Source of the DNA: Chiloscyllium plagiosum
Taxonomy: Eukaryota
DNA length: 20,000 nt
Assembly (NCBI RefSeq): GCF_004010195.1
Contig: NC_057711.1
Span: 80,725,310-80,745,309 of the forward strand
Direction: 5' to 3'
The position numbers were made by a program, and so were the translations under genes. Shown here piece after piece: positions 10,296-19,410 of this stretch. The first letter of the stretch is position 1. Each line of letters starts with the position of its first letter. The notes beneath the pieces were generated by a model. It was not told where the DNA came from, ran no database searches, and saw only the letters and a program-made list of their open reading frames with translations.

Positions 10296-12421
10296 TTGAC
10301 TCAGCAAGTCAATTCATGCTGAATTTCAACAGAGCATGGATAGCACAATCCAAACAATTACCTTAGTTTATTTAATCCTCTTTACTAAGATCAATTCCAT
10401 GTAGGATTGCACAAAAAACACAATTATTTCTTTAAATTCGCAGAGGTTTAACATGATGCCAGTTTTGATTTTCTTCCTTGTAAGAAATTTAAGATGTCTA
10501 TTTTTAAACAGTTGTATAAGTTTTATTAACAATTCGTTTTTTCAAATACCAATTCTGTTTGTCAACTTCCACATTTTTCTTCATATTGTTCCTCCAAGAA
10601 AATTCCAAGAATCATTCCTCCAAAAACAACTGGCCACCTTCCCTGATCCTGTTGAATTGTTCAGAATTAGGGAGAGGTCACCTAATTAACATGAATGCTG
10701 TGGGCATCTTTGCCACTTTTGGTTTATGTTGGGATGCTGCCAATAGAACATAGTGGTCAAAAAATAGACAAGCTATTCACCAATAAACTGACATCAACAG
10801 GAGAGAGCTGCCAAGACATCTTTTTCTCTCCAAATTAACCTCTTTTCAGGTGAAGCATGAATTATCTCTCTCTTAGTGTAAAAAACAGAAGAGAAAACCA
10901 CAGTAGTGAGTTTTTCCAGCAATTATTTTTTCTTACATTAGCTAAGAAGAAAATTAACTTGGATATAGTTGGTGTTTTTACATGTTCTGACAAGAACATT
11001 GTGTTTCAATCAAACAAATAGAAAGAACCACACCTGCTTTGCCAAGTTAGACGCAAATGGCAGTGTATAATGATTAAATGAATCATACCAATTTCACAAG
11101 AATCAGGGATTGCCAATCAACTGTGGTCATTTTACAGACCTCATAAATCAAGGTTATGTGGTTTGCAATTCCCATTGCAATAATATACAGACCACGCAAG
11201 GATTATTAAAGGGAATAGTGCAGAATTTATATTAGGACTTCCATTGTTTAACAGTTGGAACTGAAAGCAGAGACTAAAGACAGAAAGGTCCTCCAGGAAT
11301 GACTGCTTAACCTGTGATGGAGACACGTTTTTATTGTGTATGTCAGACATCCTGTGGCTTTTGCTTCCCAAAATATTTGGTAATGGCTTTAATAAAAAAA
11401 TGAGTTTAATTACACATCTCTGCGTGCAATGTTTCTTTCAAGTTTTGTTTATTCAAACTTTCCTATACAGTTCTGTTGAACAAGCTGCATGCACTTAACC
11501 AATTTTCCTCCTTTCCTCTGAAGTCAGGGGCTTGTGTTAAGATATGTCTCATGGATTATGCTGTACTGATAGATTCTTCCCAGATCTAAGCTCCATATTC
11601 CAGCCACGGCCATGAATTCTGGTGGTCAATTAAACAACTTACTGGAGGACGAACCTCCACAAATATCCCCATCCTCAATGATGGGGGAGCCTAGTATATC
11701 AGTGCAAAATGTAAGGCTTAAGCATTTGTAATAATCTTCAGCTAGAAGTGCTGATTGTATGATCCATCTCAGTCTCCTCCAGAGATACCCAGCATCACAT
11801 ATACCAGTATTCAACCAATTCCATTCACTCTACATGATATCAAGAAACAGTGGATAATCCAAAGGCTACAGAAACTGACAACATTCCGGCAATAATAGTG
11901 AAGAATTGTGCTCCAGATCTTGCAGCACCCCCAGTCAAGGTGATCCAGTACAGCTGCAATAGTGGCATCTACCCGACAATGTGGAAATGTGCCCAGGTCC
12001 AGCCCTGTTTACAAAAGCAGGACAAGTCTAATCCAGCTAATTAATGCCCCATCAGTCTACTCTTGATCATCAGTAAAGCAATGGAAGGTGTCATCAACGG
12101 TGCTATCAAGCAGCATCTGCTCAGCAACAAACTGCTCAGTGACACCCAGTCAGAGTTACACCAAGGCCAGTCAGCTCCCGAATCCTTGGTTCAATCATCA
12201 TCAACAGAGCTGAATTACAGAGGTGAGATGAGTGACTGCCCTTGATATCAAGACCATATTTGATTGAGTATAGCATCCAGGAATCCTAAAAAAACTTGAG
12301 TCAATGGGAGTTGAGGGAAAGTTCTGTGCTGATTGGAGTCACACCTGGCTCACAGGAAGATTGTTGCGACTGTTTGAGGTCAATTCAGTCCCAGGACATC
12401 ATTGCAGGAGTTCCTCAGGGC

Positions 12422-12539
12422 AAATATTTTCTAGTGAACATGTTCAGAGCTGTTATGATATACCACTTGAGGGGTGGGACTTGAACCTAGGACTCCATGT
12501 CCAAAGATAAGGACACTGTCACTGCACTACAGGAGTCCT
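12422..12539 (-). mobile_element. Short tRNA-derived SINE (copy D) inserted right after the LINE GVPQG motif
   Basis: Revcomp AGGACTCCTGTAGTGCAGTGACAGTGTCCTTATC...GGTTCAAGTCCCACC...CATAACAGCTCTGAACATGTTCACTAGAAAATATTT; B box GGTTCAAGTCC. Confidence 0.7.
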
Positions 12540-12651
12540 TCAGTCCCTCAGCTTTGTGTCCATGTCCCAACCATATGGAAGCACACTTTATCCAAATGTA
12601 GCAAGATCTGGACAATATCTGGGCTTAGGCTGAAAGGAGCAAATAACATTT

Positions 12652-12813
12652 GCTTTGATTTATTATTGTCACATGTAACTAAGCACAATGCAAAGTTTTG
12701 TTTTGTGTACAGTATAGGCAGATCATAACATACAAAGATCATAGAGTGATTGAACAGAGCAATACAAAGTGATATCTGCAAAGAAGCCGCATCCAAAGCA
12801 AGATCGACAGTAG
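12652..12813 (-). mobile_element. Inserted LINE 3' tail, probably Rex1/Babar-type
   Basis: Interrupts the host LINE between TAACATT and CATGCCACACAAATGCCAGGCAATGAC. Begins TTTGATTTATTATTGTCACATGTA, i.e. ...GTGACAATAATAAATCAAA on the minus strand, a Rex1-like 3' end (recalled similarity). Confidence 0.45.
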
Positions 12814-13079
12814 ATTCATGCCACACAAATGCCAGGCAATGACTCTCTCCAACAAGAGGGAATCCATACATCATCCCTTGACATTCAATTGCATTCCCCA
12901 CTAGCATCATTCTGGGTGTTACCGTTAATCAGAAACTGTACTCAGCTAGCAAATAAATACACTGGTAGCAACAGCAGGTCAGAGGCCTTGAATCCTGCTG
13001 TAAGTAGCCCACCATTTGATGCCCCAAAGCCTGTCCACCATTTGCAATGCACAAGTCAGGAGTATGATAGTTGCCTGAT

Positions 13080-13216
13080 AACTTTTCACTTTATACATGA
13101 ATGATCTAGATGAAGGAACTGAGGGCACTCTGGTTAAGTTTGCAGATGAAACAAAGATAGGTGGAGGGACAGATAGTATTGAGGTGGTGGGGAGGCTGCA
13201 AAAATATTTAGACAGG
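13080..13216 (+). mobile_element. CR1 LINE RT fragment (catalytic FADD region)
   Basis: Translates to LFTLYMNDLDEGTEGTLVKFADETKIGGGTDSIEVVGRLQKYLDR, the CR1 YINDLD...KFADDTK.GG motif. Ends abruptly at the Penelope junction. Confidence 0.85.
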
Positions 13217-13218
13217 AA

Positions 13219-13680
13219 ATGACTGCCAGACTACTCAGACCCCTTGGCACCATGGTAGCCCACAAACCCACCAACACACTAAAACAGCAGCTAATGAACT
13301 TGAAAGACCCTATACAGACAACAAGCAAAACAAAAATACTCTGCAAGGACTGCAACAAACTCTACATTGGACAAACAGGCAGAAAACTAGCCACCAGAAT
13401 ACATGAACACCAATTAGCCACAAAAAGACATGACCCTCTCTCACTAGTACCCTTATATATGGATGAGGAAGGACATCACTTCGACTGGGACAACACATCC
13501 ATCCTAGGACAAGCCAAACAAAGACATGCAAGAGAATTCCTCGAAGCATGGCATTCCGACCGGAACTCTATCAACAAACACATTGAGTTCGACCCCATCT
13601 ACCACCCCCGAGAAAAGGAACAGGAAGTGACTTCACCACAGGAAATGATATCACCAACCCAAAGAAACCCACACATATAA
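13219..13680 (+). pseudogene. Penelope-type GIY-YIG endonuclease domain, truncated and defective
   Basis: CKDC...YIGQTGRKLATRIHEH...H.FDW....IL......R.FLEAW...IN matches PLE GIY-YIG. The upstream (N/G)V(I/V)Y half-motif is missing (SKT-KILC). Confidence 0.85.
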
Positions 13681-13733
13681 ATAGAAAGCAGGAATTTTCA
13701 GCAGTGCTTCATCTGAGGCTCACTGAAGATGTT

Positions 13734-13831
13734 GAGATGGAAATGTGTTGCTGGAAAAGCGCAACAGGTCAGGCAGCATCTAGGGAACAGGAGAATCGAC
13801 GTTTCGGGCATTAGCCCTTCTTCAGGAAACA
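13734..13831 (-). mobile_element. Solo Penelope-like terminal fragment (second family) with 14-bp TSD
   Basis: Flanked by a perfect direct repeat TCACTGAAGATGTT (13720-13733, 13832-13845). Homologous to 9352-9491. Confidence 0.85.
13793..13829 (-). ncRNA. Minimal type I hammerhead ribozyme motif, core intact
   Basis: Minus strand UUUC-CUGAAGA-A-GGGC-UAAU-GCCC-GAAAC-GUC-GAUUC: CUGANGA box (13825-13819), 4-bp stem II, GAAA, palindromic ACGU stem III, GUC site (cleavage predicted between 13798 and 13797). Stem I pairing is weak. Confidence 0.75.
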
Positions 13832-13872
13832 TCACTGAAGATGTTACCTAGTAGGGTGACAAAACATTTGGA
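13831..13872 (+). ncRNA. Decayed minimal hammerhead motif of the host Penelope element
   Basis: CUGAAGA (13835-13841)-U-GUUACC-UAGUAG-GGUGAC (6-bp stem II), then AAAAC-AUU where GAAAC-GUC is expected. The G>A changes fall at CpG positions. Confidence 0.65.
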
Positions 13873-13910
13873 AATGAACCATCCAGCTCAGTGAGCAAAC
13901 CTACATTCAG

Positions 13911-14100
13911 AGTAGTAGAGGCAGGCATGGTAGATTCATTTACGATGCATCTGGACAGATGCATAAGTAGGTGGGGAGCAGAGGAATACAAATGCTTAGG
14001 AATTGGACAACAGTTTTAATCAGTGGATTTGGATCAGTTCAGGCTTGGAGGACCAAAGGGCCTGTTCCTGGACTGTAAATTTTCTTTGTTCTTTGTTCTT
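13911..14100 (+). mobile_element. CR1 LINE 3' end with (TCTTTGT)n tail
   Basis: GTAGTAGAGGCAGGC...TCATTTACGATGCATCTGGACAGA reads VVEAG...SF...LDR. 3' UTR GGCTTGGAGGACCAAAGGGCCTGTTCCTGGACTGTA; tail TCTTTGTTCTTTGTTCTT. Confidence 0.85.
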
Positions 14101-14120
14101 GGCTTGTTGAATTTCATCAT

Positions 14121-14186
14121 AAAGGATGGTGGAAGCAGTTTCAATAGGAACTTTCAAAAGCAAAGTGAACAAATATCTAAAGGGAA
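14121..14186 (+). mobile_element. Small old CR1 3' ORF2 relic
   Basis: ATGGTGGAAGCAGTTTCAATAGGAACTTTCAAAAGCAAAGTGAACAAATATCTA reads MVEAVSIGTFKSKVNKYL (cf. VVEA.SI..FK..LD.YL). Confidence 0.45.
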
Positions 14187-15189
14187 CGTGCATGGCACCG
14201 ACTCTCAACAAAACTCACCTGAGGTTGATGTCTAACAACGAGTGATAGCTGATTCTTCAGTCACAGGTTATCTCACATCAAGGAACCCAGTCAAAGTCCA
14301 TTGTGCATCAGTCCAGTTGAGCAAACTGCATTGAATCAGATGGAAGTATCCTTAATCAGTCTCAACTTTTGCAATTGCCAGGTCTTCCTCAGTCTGAATC
14401 TCCATTTGTCACTAGCGCACTGGAACAGTGGGAAAAGATGACAGAATCTATGAAAATGACAGAATGAAAGAGACTTTAAAAGGTGGTGGAAGACTGTGTG
14501 TACGTGGTTCTGTAGAAGACGGGCAGGACTGGTTTATGTATACCAATGTCAAGGGGAAAGGGCAAGGATATGACATTTTATAACTTAGTAAAAGAAGCAG
14601 ATCCAAATTATGGGTTGATTGGCTTTGATCTGAATGATAGCATTTTGATCCGAGAGAGCCAGCTCTCCTTAAATGAAGCCACTGCTGCCATTGATAAGTC
14701 ACCTACTGATTATGAAACAAAAACATTAGCTTTCCATTCAGTCATTACTGTGACCAACTGCAATGATCCTTTTCCTATTTCCTACATCACATTTTCAAAA
14801 GCAATTTGTTATCATTCTCATCTTTTTTTCTACCATTTTCCTTCCTTGAAACCTCTGCACTAGAAAACTGTTCCATAGATACCTTCTAATATTTTCCTCA
14901 GGCAACCTGCACCATGTGAGAGACTTTATTGTACATGTTGGCAGAACTGGGGCTCAGAATGATTTCTTATTAGCTAAGGGTATGGCCATAGGCAGATAAT
15001 TGGCAATTTTATTCTACAATAGCTACAGGGGATGTCTTTGCTTGTCACACACTTTAAAGGAACACGACTGTCTCTTAAAATCAGGTTTCCTTTTTGAATG
15101 ACTAATTCTTTCCGAAATTCTAGACACAGTCCCAACCCCGTCGGTCCATGTCCAGGTGTGGGATTTTCCCATCCTTAGTTGCAATGCAG

Positions 15190-15742
15190 GAATAGGTCAT
15201 AGTAACAGGGAGAAGTTACTGAGAATATGACTAGAACTTAAGGTTAATAATTCCCCAAGTCCCCATGGCTTCATCAGAGTGGTTTTTAAAATGTTTTCTC
15301 AGAATGTGGAATTCACTGGATAGTTATTGCCCATCCCAAATTACCCTGAGAAAGTGAGAGTCAATCACCTTCTTGAAACTTTGCAGTTCATGTCTTAAAA
15401 GGGCCTTAAAAAGAAATAGCTGCTAATATAGTGCTGTAATGGTTTTAATTTTCCAAAACTCCTTCAGAGACTTGAAAAATCTCATTAGATTAAAACGTAG
15501 CAAATCTTTCTCCTAAATGCAAAAGACAGAAAACCAAGAAATTACAAAATAGTTAATCTCAGAACTGTCAAAGAAAAGTTGTTGTGATCTACTATTTAGG
15601 AGGTTATAGGAGGGAGCATGGAAAATCTGAATGCAGTCAGACAGGGTCAATCTGGGTTTGTGAAAGCGGAATCATGTTTCAGAAAGCAACAAGCTATATG
15701 GATAAAGAAGAACCCATTGAGGTAGTACATTTGGATTTCCAG
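15190..15742 (+). mobile_element. Old CR1 ORF2 RT N-terminal fragment
   Basis: Broken motifs in the expected order: LKVNNSPSPHGF (KSPGPDG), IFQNS, QKTKKLQ/NY..V.L, QSGFVK..SC, MDKEEPIEVVHLDFQ. Confidence 0.7.
15283..15390 (-). mobile_element. Short LINE 3'-end fragment nested in the old CR1
   Basis: Interrupts the CR1 between the SPGPDGF-like and LKE-like motifs. TTATTGCCCATCCCAAATTACCCTGAGAAAGTG...CACCTTCTTGAAAC resembles the antisense 3' end of a common shark CR1-group LINE (recalled). Confidence 0.45.
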
Positions 15743-15990
15743 GTGTTCTGTGCCTGATCCACAGACTTGGCATCTAGAGGGGGAAGGTGTTGCTAAAACC
15801 CTTGTACTTGACTTTGACTCCCTCTGTACCACCCCTGTTCAGCCTGAGATCTACTTCCCATTCTCAATCACCATTGACTTCTGGCCCTTCAGCAATCCTG
15901 GGCCTCTGATCAATTCATTGCAAGAGTTACCACTGTTCCCAGTGGCACTGATAGCAACAAGGAGCTGCTGGTTTTCAGTTAGTCAACAAA
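15743..15990. repeat. Unclassified interspersed repeat fragment, possibly continuing at ~17313-17465
   Basis: CACTGTTCCCAGTGGCACTGATAGCAACAAGGAG (15931-15964) is the approximate reverse complement of CTCCATTTGTCACTAGCGCACTGGAACAGTG (14400-14430), suggesting two copies of one repeat. Confidence 0.3.
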
Positions 15991-16573
15991 TAGACTGTGA
16001 TGATTGAGTTCAACGTAAGCAAATGAAAGGTTATCCATTTTGGACTAAAAAGGGATAGATCAGGGTACTTACTAGATGGTACAAAGTTAAATGCAGTGAA
16101 TATCCAAAGACCCTTGGGGATTCAGCTACTTAGATCTTTAAAATGTCATGAACAGGTGCAGAAAATAATGAAGAAAGCTAATGGAACGTTGGCCTTTATT
16201 AAAAGAGACTGGAGAATAAGGATGCAATAGTCATGCTGCAGTTACACAAAACTTGGTTAGACCCCACTTTGACAATTGTGAGCTGATCTGAGAATAACAC
16301 TTTAAGAATAATATATTGGCTTTGGAGGGAATACAACATAGATTTACAAAACCTATACCTTAACTTCAGGGATTAAGATATAAGGAAAGAATATAAAAAT
16401 TAGGCCTGTTTACTCGAGAATTAAGAAAGCTAAGGGGTGATCCAATCGATGTTTCAAGATATTAACAGGGTAGATAAAGATAAACTATTTCCACTGGTTG
16501 GACATTCTAGAATTAGGGGGCCGTGTGTGAGAAATAGGGCCAGACCATTCAGGAGAGATGTTAGGAAGCACTT

Positions 16574-17097
16574 AGGGTCAAAGAGTCACATAGCACACAG
16601 AAACAGGCCCTTCAGTCCAAATCATCCATGCTAGCAGATATCCTAAACTGATCTGGTCCCACTTTCCAGCATTTGGCCCACATCCCTCTAAACCCTTCCT
16701 GTTCATGTACACATCCAGACAATGTTTAAATGTTGTGATTGTACCACCTCCACCACCTCTCTGGCAGCTTGTTCCATCCATACAGCATAATCTGCAAGAA
16801 AATTTGCCCCTCGGGTCCCTTTTAAATCTTTCTCCTCTCACCTTAAATCTATGCCCCACACTATGGGACTCCTCTACCCTGGGAAAAAAGACCTGAGCTA
16901 TTTACTCTATCCATGCCCCTCATGATTTTATAAACCTCTATCAGGTCTCCCCCCCCCCCCCCAGCCTCCGTGCTCCAGGGAAAACAGCCCTAGCCTATTC
17001 AGCCTCTCTCTATAGCTCAAACCCTCCAATCCCAGCAAAGCACTTGTAAATCTTTTCTGAACTTTTTCAAGTTTAACAACATCTTTCCTATAACAGG
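16574..17097 (-). mobile_element. CR1 (HER1-like) LINE 3' end nested antisense in a CR1
   Basis: Minus ORFs give YRKDVVKLEKVQKRFT..L.GLEGLSYRERLNRLGLFSLE and GHRFKVRGERFKRD.RG.F...FK..LD.YMNRKGLEG.GPNAGKWD. Tail TTGGACTGAAGGGCCTGTTTCTGTGTGCTATGTGACTCTTTGACCCT. Confidence 0.9.
16949..16962. repeat. Poly-C tract (14 nt)
   Basis: Run of C inside the minus CR1 at the LRGD codons, frameshifting ORF2. Confidence 0.9.
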
Positions 17098-18561
17098 TAC
17101 AGGTTTGGAACTCTCTTCCACAAATGGCAGTTGACGCTAGATGAATTGTTAATTTTAAATCTGAGAAAGAAAATATTTTATTAAACAAAGATATTAAGGG
17201 ATATAGGCGAAAGGTAGGTATGTTGAATTAGGCCATAGATAAGCCATGATCTCAGCGAATGGTGAAACAGGCCTGAGGGGCTCAATGGCCTACCTCTGTT
17301 CTTATATTCCTAGTTCTCAGCCTGTGGGACTTCCGAATCCCTGCAGAAGGCCCAGCAGTGAACACTTAAATACCTGGAGGGCAGTTAGTACCATCAGACC
17401 TCATCAGGCTGATTAAAGCGTGGGATTTATTGATGTCCTCCGTTCTGTACTCTCCCAATTAAAAAGTTATTTATTTATTATACATTCATTTTTCATAGAA
17501 TGGGTTTAATTCGAGCTATTTATTTTTGCATTTCAACTACTGAATGGAAAAGTGAAGGAGTTCAAGAGATAGCTATTGCTCAATAGTTTCTGATTATCAG
17601 TGGCTTAAAGAAAAGTTCAAACATCAAATAAAGTTCTCACTTGCTTGACATAAAACTTCACACTGTAAAGTCAAGAATGTACTGCCCCTACATGTAATTA
17701 CACAGCAATATAACAACAATCACCAGGTAAATATATTTGTTTGAAAAACAGCTATGTACCCAAAACAAACCCACAATGTACTTAATGTATGGATGGATGG
17801 ATAAAGCCAGGCACTAGTGATGCAATACTACTATATTCTCTGGCTTAAGCCACAGAGAAAATCCCGAGAGAGTTATGCTGAACTTGTCATTCAAATCTCC
17901 AAATGACTTTCAGATTTTGTATTTTTTATTTCTATTAGATACCTATTGTCTGGATTTGGTTCAAAGATACAAGAGTTTTCATCAGCCACGAAAGCCTATC
18001 CACACACACTGGGCTTTCACACTTTGAACCAACAACATCAAAGTGAGCCAAGGCCATTCCTTTAATTGCCCAATAGCTGTGCCCAACATGCACCTGCAAC
18101 CAAATGTTCAGGTAACCTTCATCAACTTAAGCTATTTCAATTAACAATGATAATTAAAATTATTATGAGCCAAAATCAGATTATTAAAGAGATTATATTA
18201 AAGGTGAGAATTCAATTTTGCTAATAATGTTTGTTTTAACTGTCTTAAAACTATTTGCAAATTTCAGATGGCACTGTGAGCAAAACTGAACACACACAAT
18301 AAAGATCTAGGTCTTTCTTCGGGGGTATTTTTGGTGGTTTACTGCTGAGTAAATATATTCTATTGAGGTTGCAGAAAATTCAAAGACATCTGGTTACATC
18401 CTATTGTCAAGCTTATACATCCAATCGGACATTACCATTAGTAAAACATGTTAAACAAATGATCGGTCGTCCTGGTTACAAGTTTGATGGTGCCTTTCCA
18501 GTTCAGATGTGCCCTTTATGCTTCCCTCCACTTAACCATCTCCAAGAGATCACTTGCTTGA

Positions 18562-18647
18562 TATAGAGTATGATATAGAGTTGTACAGTTTGGAAACAAA
18601 CCCTTCAGTCCAACTCATCCATGCTGGCCAAATATCTTAAATTAATC
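18562..18647 (-). mobile_element. Very short CR1/HER1-like 3' tail
   Basis: ATAGAGTTGTACAGTTTGGAAACAAACCCTTCAGTCCAACTCATCCATGCTGGCCAAATATCTTAAATTAATC aligns with 16582-16654. Confidence 0.7.
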
Positions 18648-19410
18648 AATGTTGCACCTCAAAATTTAAAACACCTTGCCCTATATTCTTGCAAAGCTGC
18701 TCCAATGGGAATGTCCCACATATGGAGCAAGCACATCCCATGCAAGTGGACTTTTCTTTAAGATATGTGTATATATGGCCACATGCAAATCTTGAAGTGA
18801 CTGTGCAGTGCAACAAGCTGGCTGTATGCTCCAAACAGAAATGAGAAAGAACGGTGTGCTTTGTCTGTGTGTTGTGTAGGGGGAAGTAGCAGACACCAAC
18901 ATTTAGGGGCGCACAATATCAAACATATCTTGAACAGGTACTTCACTGAGATGGTCATTCATAGAACAGGAACAGGAGAAGTCTAGCACAGAGGGGCCAC
19001 CCAATTTCAGAATAATGTGGCTGCAGTAATGAATAAAATGAAAAACTGATCAAAATTTCTCCCATCCAGATGACTTCAATTCTCCAGCAGGAATTGTAGC
19101 AATCTTTAAACATGTTTTTCAGCACTGATCAGCAATATTTGCTTCAGGTGTTACAGCACATGGGTTTCATTTCAACATTCTTCATCTTCATTATTTGAAT
19201 AGGCCTACACCCCCAAAGCATCACACAAGCAAGATTAGATGACAGTAATAGTTTCAAGCCATCTCTCTTTCCCCACAAATGCATGGTACATTATTCAAAA
19301 AGAAGGGCTCTTAAGGTAATTGATTATATGGAGGATAGTTTGCAACAAAATATACTTCTCTAATGGATTTGTGGTGACACATGTTTGCAAATGCACTGTT
19401 AAAAATTTTT

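Larger units (their letters stand above)
11585..13078 (+). mobile_element. CR1-group LINE ORF2 (RT) fragment, frameshifted, with two nested insertions
   Basis: ORFs 11850..12044 and 12063..12245 give RT N-terminal motifs (KA...DNIPAI..K.CAP.LAAP; GIYPTMWK.AQV.P..KQDKSNPAN; PISLL.IISK.MEG; LLSDTQ). Then ..LDIK..FD and GVPQG at ~12407-12421. The FADD region appears deleted. Exact clade (CR1/L2B/Crack) not determined. Confidence 0.85.
13217..13910 (+). mobile_element. 5'-truncated Penelope-like element (GIY-YIG end plus terminus with hammerhead)
   Basis: ORF 13219..13680 encodes a PLE endonuclease. A 17-nt tandem CAGGAA.TGA..TCACC lies at 13621-13655, a hammerhead relic at 13835-13868, and the terminus ends ...GCAAACCTACATTCAG. 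Confidence 0.9.
15993..17312 (+). mobile_element. 5'-truncated CR1 LINE (ORF2 C-terminus plus 3' UTR), interrupted by another CR1
   Basis: EFNV.K..VIHFG, KKANG.LAFI, LVRPH.D.C, LGLF..E.RKLRGD, RVDKDKLFPLVG.SR.RG, FRRDVRKH; resumes VWNSLPQ at ~17103. 3' UTR GGCCTGAGGGGCTCAATGGCCTACCTCTGTTCTTATATTCC. Confidence 0.85.

Noticed and set aside
14187..14260. Possible resumption of the 11585-13078 LINE after the CR1 tail
   Set aside because: Similarity (CTCAACAAAACTCA...GTTGA) is too short and degraded to support.
14448..14863. 105-aa plus ORF and a possible minus-strand splice acceptor near 14703-14707
   Set aside because: No recognisable domain and no partner exons or convincing donor.
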